64,000 nucleotides of DNA, taken from assembly GCA_963714695.1 (NCBI GenBank), contig CAVQPQ010000006.1:321971-385970 (forward strand), read 5' to 3'. Both the position numbers and the translations under genes were made by a program. The notes under the pieces are model-generated. The model made no database searches and was not told where the DNA came from. It saw nothing but the letters and a program-made list of their open reading frames with translations. This stretch comes from an uncultured Verrucomicrobiae bacterium. GTDB taxonomy: Bacteria; Verrucomicrobiota; Verrucomicrobiia; Limisphaerales; UBA11358. Shown here in pieces: positions 1-8,730 of this stretch (the stretch's first letter is position 1; each line of letters opens with the position of its first letter).

Positions 1-41
1 ACGAAAACCTCCGGCGAGCCGATATACACATAAGAGCAGTT

Positions 42-57
42 TGGCTTAGTTTTTGCT
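42..57 (+). promoter_or_regulatory. candidate sigma-54 type -24/-12 promoter
   Basis: TGGCTT-AGTTT-TTGCT. GG at 43-44 and GC at 55-56 have the 12-nt offset of the TGGCAC-N5-TTGCW consensus. About 85 nt upstream of the ORF at 141. Sequence match only. Confidence 0.3.
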
Positions 58-140
58 GAATTAAGCCGTTTATGAGCTGTATTTTGCCCTTGTCCATGTT
101 TAAGTGAATTAAGAATGCGAACAAAACTGTAGGAACAATT

Positions 141-533
141 ATGAAAACAAAATTAATTGTGATAACGCTTTTGGTGGCATTGCTTACGGCGGATTTGTTT
201 TGGAGTTTGCGTTCGGACGCTTTTTATAAATGGCTGGTTACGTTTATTTATTTTGTAATGCTGGTTGTGGCAACGTTTTTTGAAAGCAGATGGATTTCCA
301 AACAATCCGACCAACTGAAAGCACGTTATCATGCTACAAATATCTCGATGTGGATTTTCCTTTTCCTGGCAACTGTTTCGATAGTTCCAAACATTTTTCT
401 TGCAGGTGCAATTGACCAAACTGTGTTTTGGCCTGTAGTTATCATTTCCGCTTCACTTTTAGGTGCGACATTTTTTCGGCGTCATGAATTGTTACGCGAG
501 TTGGCTGAAAGAGAAACGTCGAAGGCAGTTTGA
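141..533 (+). CDS. small integral membrane protein, unknown function
   Basis: 130-aa ORF with about four hydrophobic segments. Visibly AT-rich compared with its neighbours. Ends 7 nt before the mcsA-like gene, so probably co-transcribed. Confidence 0.45.
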   Translation: MKTKLIVITLLVALLTADLFWSLRSDAFYKWLVTFIYFVMLVVATFFESRWISKQSDQLKARYHATNISMWIFLFLATVSIVPNIFLAGAIDQTVFWPVVIISASLLGATFFRRHELLRELAERETSKAV

Positions 534-539
534 AAATTT

Positions 540-1049
540 ATGCTGTGTTCCAATTGCAAAGAAAAAACGGCCACGGTGCATCTGACCAAGATCGTGGGGG
601 ACAAGATGCAGAAGCTGGATTTGTGCGAGGAATGCGCCAAGGCCAAGGGCGTGGACGATCCAAGTAGTTTCGCAAACGCGGATTTGATGCTCGGCCTCGG
701 CGCCTCCCAGGAAATCGAGCAGGCGGGCGGCGGGGTTGAAACCAAGTGTTCGCGTTGCGGGTTCACCCAGGCGGATTTCAAAAAATCGGGCCGGCTGGGC
801 TGCCCGGAATGTTACAAGGCTTTTGCCGAGGGCCTGGAAGGTTTGCTCAAGACGATGCACAAGGGCACGCGGCACGCGGGCAAGGTGCCGGAAGCGCTCC
901 GCGAATCACGCGAGCAGTCCGACCGGCTCAAATTGCTGCAAAAGAAACTGGACAAGGCCATCAAAGAGGAAAATTTCGAACAAGCTGCCCAATTGCGCGA
1001 TGAACTGAAACAACTGTCCCCGCGCGGAACGGGTTTGACGGTGACCTGA
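540..1049 (+). CDS. mcsA: McsA-like activator of protein arginine kinase (CxxC zinc-finger pairs plus UVR motif)
   Basis: CSNC...CEEC and CSRC...CPEC pairs, C-terminal UVR-like helix (EENFEQAAQLRDELKQL). Lies immediately upstream of mcsB. Confidence 0.8.
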   Translation: MLCSNCKEKTATVHLTKIVGDKMQKLDLCEECAKAKGVDDPSSFANADLMLGLGASQEIEQAGGGVETKCSRCGFTQADFKKSGRLGCPECYKAFAEGLEGLLKTMHKGTRHAGKVPEALRESREQSDRLKLLQKKLDKAIKEENFEQAAQLRDELKQLSPRGTGLTVT

Positions 1050-1052
1050 GCC

Positions 1053-2150
1053 ATGGACATCCATAAATTTCTCATTTCTCCCGCGGAGACCGCACAACGG
1101 CACGGCCCGCACGACCGGATTGTCATGTCCAGCCGCGTCCGGCTCGCACGCAATCTCAAGGATGCCGCATTTCCCGGCTGGGCAAAAAAGCCGGAGCGCA
1201 TCCGCGTGCTGGATTTGATTCGTCCGGCGGTTGAAAGTTTGCCGGAGATGAAGGATGCCTTTTCCGAGGCGATGGACAATCTCAGCGCGCTCGACAAACA
1301 GATCCTCGTCGAGCGGCATTTGATCAGCCGCGAACACGCCGCGAAAAGCTCCGGGAGCGGCCTGGTGCTGAACCGCGACGAAACTTTTTGCGTGATGATC
1401 AACGAGGAGGACCATTTGCGGATGCAGGCCCTCCGGCCCGGTTTGCAACTGCGGCAGGCGTGGAGCGCCATTGACCATCTGGATTCCGAGCTGGAGAAAA
1501 AACTCGATTACGCCTTCAACAACGAACTGGGCTACATGACCGCGTGTCCCACCAATCTCGGCACCGGCATTCGCGTCAGCGCCATGCTGCATCTGCCGGG
1601 GCTAGTTTTGGGCGAACAAATCAATCCCATCGTCCAATCCGTCAACAAGCTCGGCCTTGCCGTGCGCGGGCTTTACGGCGAAGGCACCGAGGCGCTCGGC
1701 AACGTTTTTCAGGTGTCGAATCAAATGACGCTCGGCGAAAACGAAATCACCATCGTCGAACGGCTGGACAAGGTTTTGTCCCAGATCATCGAGCACGAGG
1801 AAAACGCGCGGCAGACGCTTTTGGAAAAGCAGCCGAAGGTCGTCTATAACCACATTGGCCGCGCCTATGGCATTCTGGCCAACGCGCACAGCATTTCGTC
1901 GAAGGAAACCATGAACCTGCTGTCGCTCATGCGGCTGGGCGTGGAAATGGAACTTTTTCCCGGCGCCGAACGCGCCCTCGTGGACGAGCTGTTCATCCTG
2001 ACGCAGCCGGCGCATCTACAGAGAATGCTTTCGGACAAATTGTCCGCCGAGGAACGCGACCTGGTTCGCGCCGACATGCTCCGCGAACGCTTGAAAAACG
2101 TGGGCCGCCCGGTCGTAAAACATTTTGGCGCGGCGGGAACCGCGAATTAA
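1053..2150 (+). CDS. mcsB: protein arginine kinase McsB (ATP:guanido phosphotransferase family)
   Basis: 365 aa with phosphagen-kinase-like core motifs (NEEDHLRMQ, TACPTNLGTGIR, GLYGEGTEA). Gene order mcsA-mcsB-clpC. Confidence 0.9.
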   Translation: MDIHKFLISPAETAQRHGPHDRIVMSSRVRLARNLKDAAFPGWAKKPERIRVLDLIRPAVESLPEMKDAFSEAMDNLSALDKQILVERHLISREHAAKSSGSGLVLNRDETFCVMINEEDHLRMQALRPGLQLRQAWSAIDHLDSELEKKLDYAFNNELGYMTACPTNLGTGIRVSAMLHLPGLVLGEQINPIVQSVNKLGLAVRGLYGEGTEALGNVFQVSNQMTLGENEITIVERLDKVLSQIIEHEENARQTLLEKQPKVVYNHIGRAYGILANAHSISSKETMNLLSLMRLGVEMELFPGAERALVDELFILTQPAHLQRMLSDKLSAEERDLVRADMLRERLKNVGRPVVKHFGAAGTAN

Positions 2151-2272
2151 ATCGCTTTCCCGGCGTTTTCAGGGGAACGAGTGTTTACGCCCGCCCTCAC
2201 CTTTTATTTTCTCTTTCAGAGATTTCGCCGAAACAAAATTCCACGCTTTGAAACCATGAACCGGTGCGCAAT

Positions 2273-2350
2273 CCTGGGAGCGCCGGCGTCTCGCCGGCGT
2301 GTTCCGGTTTTCAACTCCCGACTGGCCGGCGGGACGCCGGCGCTCCCAGG
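2273..2350. repeat. palindromic element, family E (inverted pair of GGGAGCGCCGGCGTCNCGCCGGC units)
   Basis: CCTGGGAGCGCCGGCGTCTCGCCGGCG ... GCCGGCGGGACGCCGGCGCTCCCAGG. Same architecture at 32738-32817. Intergenic between mcsB and clpC. Confidence 0.8.
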
Positions 2351-2460
2351 AGATTCGGCTGGCCGGGACGAGGGCGGATGTCATGCTTGCATACATGATT
2401 TTGTGGCCGCACCCGAAAGCTTGGTTTCACATTCAATTATCCAAACTGTATTGGACAAAA

Positions 2461-2476
2461 TGGCATAACAGTTGCA
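2461..2476 (+). promoter_or_regulatory. strong sigma-54 type -24/-12 promoter candidate upstream of clpC
   Basis: TGGCAT-AACAG-TTGCA, one mismatch to TGGCAC-N5-TTGCA. GG at 2462-2463, GC at 2474-2475. The ATG codons at 2490 and 2505 lie just downstream. rpoN is encoded in this window. Confidence 0.55.
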
Positions 2477-2489
2477 TTATATTTCGAGT

Positions 2490-4991
2490 ATGAGCGACGA
2501 AGCCATGAGCAATTTTACGCCGCGCGCACAGCAAGTGCTCGCGCTGGCGCGCAAGGAAGCCGACCGGTTTAATCACAATTTCCTCGGCACCGAACACCTT
2601 TTGCTCGGCTTGATCAAATTGGGACAGGGCGTCGCCGTCAATGTGCTCCAAAAAATGGGCCTCGACCTCGAAACCGTCCGCATGGAAGTCGAGAAGCAGG
2701 TTGGCACCGGCCCCGACCAAAAGATGATCGGAAACATTCCCTACACCCCGCGCGTGAAAAAAGTCCTGGCGCTCGCCTCCAAGGAAGCCAAGGCGCTCAA
2801 TCATACCTATGTCGGCACCGAGCACATTTTGCTCGGCCTCCTCCGCGAAGGCGACGGCGTCGCCGCCAAGGTGCTCAAAAATCTCGACGTGGACATCGAG
2901 CAGACGCGGCAGGAAATTTTACGGGAGTTGGATCCGAATTTTACCGGCGAAGAATCGTCCGTTCCCGAGCAGGGAGAAAAATCGACAGCGCCGCCGCTGG
3001 AGAAAAAGGGCGAAGTCAAAACGCCCGCGCTCAAGGCGTTTGGCCGCAACCTCACAGAAATGGCACGCAAAGGCGACCTGGATCCGGTCATTGGCCGCAA
3101 AAACGAAATCGAGCGCGTCATCCAGATTCTCTGCCGCCGCACCAAGAACAATCCCGTTTTGCTCGGCGAAGCGGGCGTGGGCAAGACCGCCATCGTCGAA
3201 GGCCTGGCGCAGGAAATCGCCACCGGCAACGTGCCGGACATCTTGCGCGAAAAGCGCGTCGTCACCCTCGATCTCGCGCTCATGGTCGCGGGCACCAAAT
3301 ATCGCGGCCAGTTCGAGGAGCGCATCAAGGCCGTCATGGATGAAATCCGCCGCGCCAAAAACATCATTTTGTTCATTGACGAACTGCACACCATCGTTGG
3401 CGCCGGTTCTGCGGAAGGCACGATGGACGCCTCGAACATCATCAAACCCGCGCTCAGCCGCGGCGAGATGCAATGTGTCGGTGCCACCACCCTCAACGAA
3501 TACCGCAAATATATCGAGAAGGACGCCGCGCTCGAACGCCGTTTTCAAGCCGTCAAGGTCGAAGCCCCTTCGATTGACGAGGCGATTTTGATTCTGAAAG
3601 GCCTGCGCCGCAAATACGAAGACCATCACAAGGTCGAATTCACGGACAAAGCCGTCGAAACCGCTGTCAAATTGTCCGACCGTTACATCACCGACCGGTT
3701 TTTGCCGGACAAGGCCATTGACGTGATGGATGAATCCGGCTCCCGCGCGCGCATCGGCACGATGACGCGTCCGCCGGAAACCAAGGCGCTCGAGGTTGAA
3801 ATCGAGGAAATCAAAACCCAAAAGGAACGCGCCATCAAGAACCAGGATTTTGAAGGCGCCGCCTCCATGCGCGACAAGGAAAAGCAGGCCAAGGAAAAAC
3901 TGGAGTCCATGCTCGCCGCCTGGCGCGTCAGCCGCGAGGAAAAGCGCGTGGTTGTGGACGAGGATGACATTTTTCATGTCGTCGCCAAATGGACCGGCAT
4001 CCCCATCAAACGCATGGGCCAGGACGAAACTCAACGGTTACTCGCCATCGAAACCGAGATGGAAAAGGTCGTCGTTGGCCAGCGCGAAGCCGTTACAGCC
4101 ATTTGCAAGGCGCTGCGCCGCTCGCGGGCGGATTTGAAGGACCCGCGCCGGCCCATCGGCACGTTTTTGTTGCTCGGCCCCACCGGCGTCGGCAAAACCC
4201 TTCTGGCCCGGACCATGGCCGAGCAGATGTTCGGCGACTCCAAAGCGCTCGTCTCCCTAGACATGAGTGAGTACATGGAGAAATTCAATGTCTCACGCCT
4301 CATCGGCTCGCCGCCGGGCTACGTCGGTTACGAAGAAGGCGGCCAGCTCACCGAAAAAGTCCGCCGCAACCCCTACTCCGTTGTGCTCTTCGACGAAATT
4401 GACAAGGCGCACCCGGACGTGTGGAACATCCTGCTGCAGATTCTCGAAGACGGCAAACTGACCGACAACATCGGCCGCGTCGTCAACTTTCGCAACTGCA
4501 TCATCCTGATGACCTCCAACGTCGGCTCCGACGTCATCAAACGCGGGTCCACCCTCGGTTTCTCGCCCATCAGCGACGAGGCCACCTACGAAAAAATGCG
4601 CGAACGGACCATGGACGAGGCGAAGAAAACCTTCCGCCCCGAATTCCTGAACCGACTGGACGACTTGATTGTGTTCCGTTCATTCACCAAGCCCGACCTC
4701 ATCCAGATACTCAGTCTGGAAGTCGAGAAAGTGCTGGTACGGCTGCGCCATAAAAACATCCGGCTCGAACTGGATGACAAGGCGAAGGATTTTCTCGTGG
4801 AAAAAGGTTACGACCCGCAATACGGCGCTCGGCCCATGCGCCGCGCCGTGGAGCGTTTTCTCGAAGACCCGCTGGCCGAGGAAATCCTCAAGGGCAGTCT
4901 GCACGAAGGCGAACCCATCACCGTCACCGCCGACAAGGACAAGCTCGTGTTCAATCAAACCGCCGCCGCCGAAGGGGCTTTGTCTAGTTAG
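2490..4991 (+). CDS. clpC: ATP-dependent Clp protease ATP-binding subunit ClpC
   Basis: Double Clp-N repeats, two AAA+ modules ([16 protein letters not shown]) and a UVR-like linker. The ORF-track start (TTG 2472) lies inside the predicted promoter, so ATG 2490 or ATG 2505 is more likely. Confidence 0.9.
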   Translation: MSDEAMSNFTPRAQQVLALARKEADRFNHNFLGTEHLLLGLIKLGQGVAVNVLQKMGLDLETVRMEVEKQVGTGPDQKMIGNIPYTPRVKKVLALASKEAKALNHTYVGTEHILLGLLREGDGVAAKVLKNLDVDIEQTRQEILRELDPNFTGEESSVPEQGEKSTAPPLEKKGEVKTPALKAFGRNLTEMARKGDLDPVIGRKNEIERVIQILCRRTKNNPVLLGEAGVGKTAIVEGLAQEIATGNVPDILREKRVVTLDLALMVAGTKYRGQFEERIKAVMDEIRRAKNIILFIDELHTIVGAGSAEGTMDASNIIKPALSRGEMQCVGATTLNEYRKYIEKDAALERRFQAVKVEAPSIDEAILILKGLRRKYEDHHKVEFTDKAVETAVKLSDRYITDRFLPDKAIDVMDESGSRARIGTMTRPPETKALEVEIEEIKTQKERAIKNQDFEGAASMRDKEKQAKEKLESMLAAWRVSREEKRVVVDEDDIFHVVAKWTGIPIKRMGQDETQRLLAIETEMEKVVVGQREAVTAICKALRRSRADLKDPRRPIGTFLLLGPTGVGKTLLARTMAEQMFGDSKALVSLDMSEYMEKFNVSRLIGSPPGYVGYEEGGQLTEKVRRNPYSVVLFDEIDKAHPDVWNILLQILEDGKLTDNIGRVVNFRNCIILMTSNVGSDVIKRGSTLGFSPISDEATYEKMRERTMDEAKKTFRPEFLNRLDDLIVFRSFTKPDLIQILSLEVEKVLVRLRHKNIRLELDDKAKDFLVEKGYDPQYGARPMRRAVERFLEDPLAEEILKGSLHEGEPITVTADKDKLVFNQTAAAEGALSS

Positions 4992-5167
4992 CCGTCCGGC
5001 ATTCGGGGAGATGAGCGCCACGAGTCCACAATTTTTCCCGCGGATTGACGAAAGACAGCGCATCACGACTGTCGCTAAAGCTCACATGCCACAGGTATGC
5101 GGCATTCGACCTCGGTAACCGGTTGCGCACATCTGGAACCGGGTTCCTTCCGGCGAAAGGTTCACCC

Positions 5168-7174
5168 TTAAAACGCCTGGCCCAGCGACTGGAGCTTCGC
5201 CTTGGTTTGAAGGTCTTCGGGATCGAGCCGCAACGCTTCCTGATACCATTTCACGGCTTCGGCGGTCTGCCCCTGTTTCACCAGCGCATCGCCAAGGTTG
5301 GCGTAAAGATGCGGATTGCCGGGCATAAGGCGGACCGCTTCGCGATATTGCCCCACAGCCTCGTCATAGCGGTGTTGAATGAACAGAACGGTGGCGAGAT
5401 TGTTGTGCGCGCTGACGGAATCCGGATTCACCTTCAACGCCTGCTCAAAACTGTCAATAGCCCCGGCGTATTGTTTCCGGGCGGACAACGCCATGCCCAG
5501 ATTGTTGAGGACTTCGGCCTGGTTCGGGGTGATTTGCAGGACACGAAGATAATAATCCACGGCTTCATCCCACCGGCCGAAGTGGCTCATGGCGTTGCCC
5601 AAGTTGAAGAGGGCGTCAACATTACTGGGCTTGATCCGCAGTGATTCCTGGAAGCACTCCACAGCCTCCGGGAACGCTCCGTGTCTCGACATCCAGAAGC
5701 CAAGATTGTTGCAGGCCACGTAGTCGTTCCCCGCCACGGTCCGGGCGTGGCCGAAAAGTGTCCCGCTGTCGTGCCAATATCCCACTTGCACCCGCGTACG
5801 CCACGCACAGCCAACGAGCAGGATGGCCGCCAGAAAACCCGTCACCGCACCGGGCACGCGCCAGCGTGCGCCCATCTCACCGGCACCCCAGACCAGAATA
5901 ATGAAGATGCCGGTCAACGGCAGATACATGTACCGGTCGGCCATGGCCTGATCGCCAACCTGGACCAAGCCGATAACCGGGACCAGCATCACAACAAACC
6001 AGAACCAGCCGACCAGCATAAAAGGAAATTCCCGTCCCCATCGGAAGGCGGCGGCGCAAAAGGCGGCGAACAACAACACGGCACCCAACACCGGCCAGAA
6101 CGGCCAATGCCCCGGATGCGGATAGGGAATGGCGAGGGTCATCGGCCAGATGGTCTTGCCCAGATAGCGGGCGTAGGAAACGAACACGTTGTTAATCCGC
6201 TCCGAAACGGAAAGAACCGTCAACGTCCCAACCGCGCCGCTCTTTTGCTGCACGATAAATGTCACCACGCACGAAATCGCGCTCAACAGGAAAAACGGCC
6301 ATTTCTCGCGAAACAAGATTGAAAGTTGAGGGTTGAGAGTTGAGAACTGAGGGACGGGAATTCCGAATTTTGTCACCTGCCACCTGCCACCGGTCATTCT
6401 TCCGAGCGGCCACCAGTCCAGCAACAACATTACCATGGGCAGCGTCACCAACATCGGCTTGCTCATCAGGCCCAACATAAAGAATAACAGTGCCAGACTA
6501 TAATCGAGGGTCCAGTGTCGGGAGTCGAGGACTGGAACGACTCGTGCGCTCGATTCTCGACTCCCCGGCGTGGCAGAGCAAAACGAAGACGGACCGACTC
6601 CAGGCTGTTTTTGGACGTACCGCATATATGCCCACAACGAGAGCAGTCCGAAAAAGGCGCTTAAAACATCCTTGCGCTCCGCCACCCACGCCACAGATTC
6701 GACGTGCAACGGATGCAGGGCAAACAGCGCTGCGATGAGCGCGCTCCGCCGGGTCGCCGCCGCCGGTGTGGCTGGCACCTTTATGTTTTCACCGGGACGA
6801 AAGCTCATCAGACGCCGGAGCAATAAGAAAAGCAACAGCGTGTTCGCCAGATGAAACAACAGATTGGTGAAATGTGGGCCGGCGGGGCCGGGGCCGAACA
6901 ATTGCGCATCCAGCATCAGCGACAACCACGTCAGCGGATGCCAGTTGCTCACATCACCCGTGGTAAAGGCCCAGACGACGTTTGTCCCCTTCAAGCCGGA
7001 CAAGACGTGAGGGTTGGTTGCATAATAATACGGGTCATCCAGGCTTAGAAAACCGCAGTGAACAACCGGCCAATAGACCCCCAACGTCACCAACACCAGC
7101 AACAGACCAATGCCCGCCGGCCTGGAAAACCGGCTCCACCGTTCGGCATCCGTCTGGGGTTCATGCAAAATCAT
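5168..7174 (-). CDS. multi-pass membrane protein with DUF1736/TMTC-like glycosyltransferase region and C-terminal TPR repeats
   Basis: 668 aa. HPLHVESVAWVAERKDVL motif, many TM helices and about six TPR units at the C-terminus. Carries two in-frame repeat insertions (6318-6394 and 6519-6567). Confidence 0.7.
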   Translation of the reverse strand: MILHEPQTDAERWSRFSRPAGIGLLLVLVTLGVYWPVVHCGFLSLDDPYYYATNPHVLSGLKGTNVVWAFTTGDVSNWHPLTWLSLMLDAQLFGPGPAGPHFTNLLFHLANTLLLFLLLRRLMSFRPGENIKVPATPAAATRRSALIAALFALHPLHVESVAWVAERKDVLSAFFGLLSLWAYMRYVQKQPGVGPSSFCSATPGSRESSARVVPVLDSRHWTLDYSLALLFFMLGLMSKPMLVTLPMVMLLLDWWPLGRMTGGRWQVTKFGIPVPQFSTLNPQLSILFREKWPFFLLSAISCVVTFIVQQKSGAVGTLTVLSVSERINNVFVSYARYLGKTIWPMTLAIPYPHPGHWPFWPVLGAVLLFAAFCAAAFRWGREFPFMLVGWFWFVVMLVPVIGLVQVGDQAMADRYMYLPLTGIFIILVWGAGEMGARWRVPGAVTGFLAAILLVGCAWRTRVQVGYWHDSGTLFGHARTVAGNDYVACNNLGFWMSRHGAFPEAVECFQESLRIKPSNVDALFNLGNAMSHFGRWDEAVDYYLRVLQITPNQAEVLNNLGMALSARKQYAGAIDSFEQALKVNPDSVSAHNNLATVLFIQHRYDEAVGQYREAVRLMPGNPHLYANLGDALVKQGQTAEAVKWYQEALRLDPEDLQTKAKLQSLGQAF
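6318..6394. repeat. two tandem heptamer arrays separated by a 21-nt spacer, in frame inside the TPR gene
   Basis: ATTGAAA GTTGAGG GTTGAGA GTTGAGA ACTGAGG (6318-6352), then a spacer, then CACCTGC CACCTGC CACCGGT (6374-6394). Confidence 0.75.
6519..6567. repeat. palindromic element inside the TPR gene
   Basis: CGGGAGTCGAG (6519-6529) ... CTCGACTCCCCG (6556-6567) terminal inverted repeats. Read through in frame. Confidence 0.6.
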
Positions 7175-7186
7175 CGGCGGTATTGA

Positions 7187-8614
7187 CTAAACCACAATTT
7201 CCAATTCCTGCCAATGCGGAATCAGATCCTTTGCCCGCTTATGAACAAACTTCAATGTCGGCCAATAGAGATTGATTCCGCGACAATTTGAGGCGGATTT
7301 CTTTGAGGATCGAGATGGAAAATGAAAAATCGGTTTAAGAATTTCGGGCGTTGGTTTGGCCAGGACGCTGGCTGTCCCACAGGATCCCGCCAGATAGGCT
7401 TGTTGCGGCGTGCCCAGAAAGCGCCCTCCGCCATCGGCTGTCCCATAGCATATCAAGAGGCTGCGCAGTTCCAGTTTTTGCCAGAGGGCCGAGCGGATCA
7501 GTGCAAAGAGCCGGGTAAAGCTGTGGCTCCACTGGCCCAGGTGGGCGCAGAAACGCAGGAGCACATAGGCCAGGAGTGCCGTCCAGACTTGCCATTTGAC
7601 GGCGTTGGCGTTGTGGCCGAGGAAATCGGCCAGTTGCAGGGTCTGTTTGAGTTCCTTGAAAAAGACCTCGATGCTCCAGCGGCAGCGATAGAGGTCGGCG
7701 ATGGTCTGGGCGCTCCACTCCAGGTTGTTGGTCAGAAAGACCATTTCCCGCCATTGCCCGTCCACTTCGACGAGGGCGGTGACGCGGCGCAGTTCGACCG
7801 GATAAACGGCTTGCACCGCCGGATTGGTCAGGACGATCAGGTCATCCCGCAGAATGTTACCCTCCGTGCCGTCCTGAAACTTGCGCACGACCCGGCATTG
7901 CAAATTGTCCTTGGCGCGGGTGACCCAAAAGACGCCGCGCTGGGACAAGTCGGCGAGATGGGCAAAATCGAGGTAAGCCTTGTCGAAGATGACGATTTCA
8001 CCCGCTTGAACATTGGCGCAAAGCTCGCGTGCCCGCCGGTTGTCGTGCTCACCGGCGGTGGCCACGATGGCGCAGCGGGGCAGAAAGGTTTGCAGGTCGA
8101 GGCGGACATGACACTTGGCCGCAGCCTTGCGGCGGCGGTGCTTGGCCCAGTCCAGCGAGCGGGCCATCAGTTGGATGGTGGTGGAGTCCACGACATGGAT
8201 GAGGCGCTTGAAGCGGAAGGCGAACTTCGGGCGACGGTTGCCGCCGAAAGCGGGCTGCAAAGTTTGCAAATGTTCCAGCACCGCCCAGAACAGTTGCTCG
8301 GCCATTTTCGGATCGCGTCGGCGGTTGGCGTGCGAGAGCGTGTTTTTGGGCGGCGGCGTGGCCCCGCGCAGTGCCGACAACGACCCGGAGTGCAGCCGCA
8401 GGGCGTCGCAGACGTCATTGAGACCGAGGCTGTGGGTGAGTTGGGCATAAAGCAGACTGACGACGTGACTCCACGGACTGAAAGTGCGGGCTTGATCATC
8501 CACGCCGGTCTCGTGTGCCAGTCGCGGCACCAGATGCGGCGGAATGAAGTTGCAAAGTTGGCGCAACAGCGAGAATTTGCTGGCGGTTGGCTTGTGTCGT
8601 GTTTGATTTTTCAT
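7187..8614 (-). CDS. IS4-family DDE transposase
   Basis: 475 aa. Y-(2)-R-(3)-E-(6)-K signature present (YRCRWSIEVFFKELK). The last ~22 codons (7187-7252) run out of the element into flanking DNA. Confidence 0.85.
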   Translation of the reverse strand: MKNQTRHKPTASKFSLLRQLCNFIPPHLVPRLAHETGVDDQARTFSPWSHVVSLLYAQLTHSLGLNDVCDALRLHSGSLSALRGATPPPKNTLSHANRRRDPKMAEQLFWAVLEHLQTLQPAFGGNRRPKFAFRFKRLIHVVDSTTIQLMARSLDWAKHRRRKAAAKCHVRLDLQTFLPRCAIVATAGEHDNRRARELCANVQAGEIVIFDKAYLDFAHLADLSQRGVFWVTRAKDNLQCRVVRKFQDGTEGNILRDDLIVLTNPAVQAVYPVELRRVTALVEVDGQWREMVFLTNNLEWSAQTIADLYRCRWSIEVFFKELKQTLQLADFLGHNANAVKWQVWTALLAYVLLRFCAHLGQWSHSFTRLFALIRSALWQKLELRSLLICYGTADGGGRFLGTPQQAYLAGSCGTASVLAKPTPEILKPIFHFPSRSSKKSASNCRGINLYWPTLKFVHKRAKDLIPHWQELEIVV

Positions 8615-8691
8615 GCCTTACCTTGTGGCAAGGCCCAAACCCGCAAGCCAACCTTTTTTACACCTCAACCCTCATCCCTGTGAGTCAGCAG
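7253..8691 (-). mobile_element. IS4-family insertion sequence (about 1.44 kb)
   Basis: Flanked by a perfect 11-bp direct repeat TGAACAAACTT (7242-7252 and 8692-8702). The left boundary coincides with the homology boundary of the solo copy at 34834-34967. No convincing terminal inverted repeats seen by eye. Confidence 0.8.
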
Positions 8692-8730
8692 TGAACAAAC
8701 TTGATATGTGTATTCGCATTTTTCGCCCGA

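Noticed and set aside
1-540. CtsR operator (GGTCAAA-N3-GGTCAAA type) upstream of mcsA, or upstream of clpC at 2151-2489
   Set aside because: No such direct repeat was found by eye in either region.
2472-2489. TTG 2472 as the clpC start codon (ORF-track start)
   Set aside because: It lies inside the -12 element of the predicted sigma-54 promoter, and the extension MHYISS has no counterpart in ClpC N-termini. ATG 2490 or 2505 is preferred.
2919-4034. 371-aa minus-strand ORF, plus several other 100-260 aa ORFs within 2472-4991
   Set aside because: All overlap clpC in other frames or on the other strand and are GC-driven open frames. The same reasoning applies to 29110-29976 (antisense to bioA), 59030-59971 (antisense to cbpA), 60412-61416 (antisense to the protease), 8701-9534 and 8930-9742 (antisense to mnmE), and 5045-5644 and 5681-6322 (antisense to the TPR gene).
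7322-8683. 453-aa plus-strand ORF covering the IS element
   Set aside because: It is antisense to a transposase with a clear IS4 YREK signature. Its translation is Gly/Ala/Arg-rich with no motifs, which is typical of a shadow ORF in high-GC DNA.
7184-8688. Alternative IS boundaries using TTGACTAAAC (7184) and CTGACTCACA (reverse complement of 8679-8688) as terminal inverted repeats enclosing the full transposase ORF
   Set aside because: The similarity is limited to about 7 nt and no target duplication flanks these ends. In contrast, 7253/8691 is supported by an 11-bp perfect direct repeat and by the boundary of the orphan copy.
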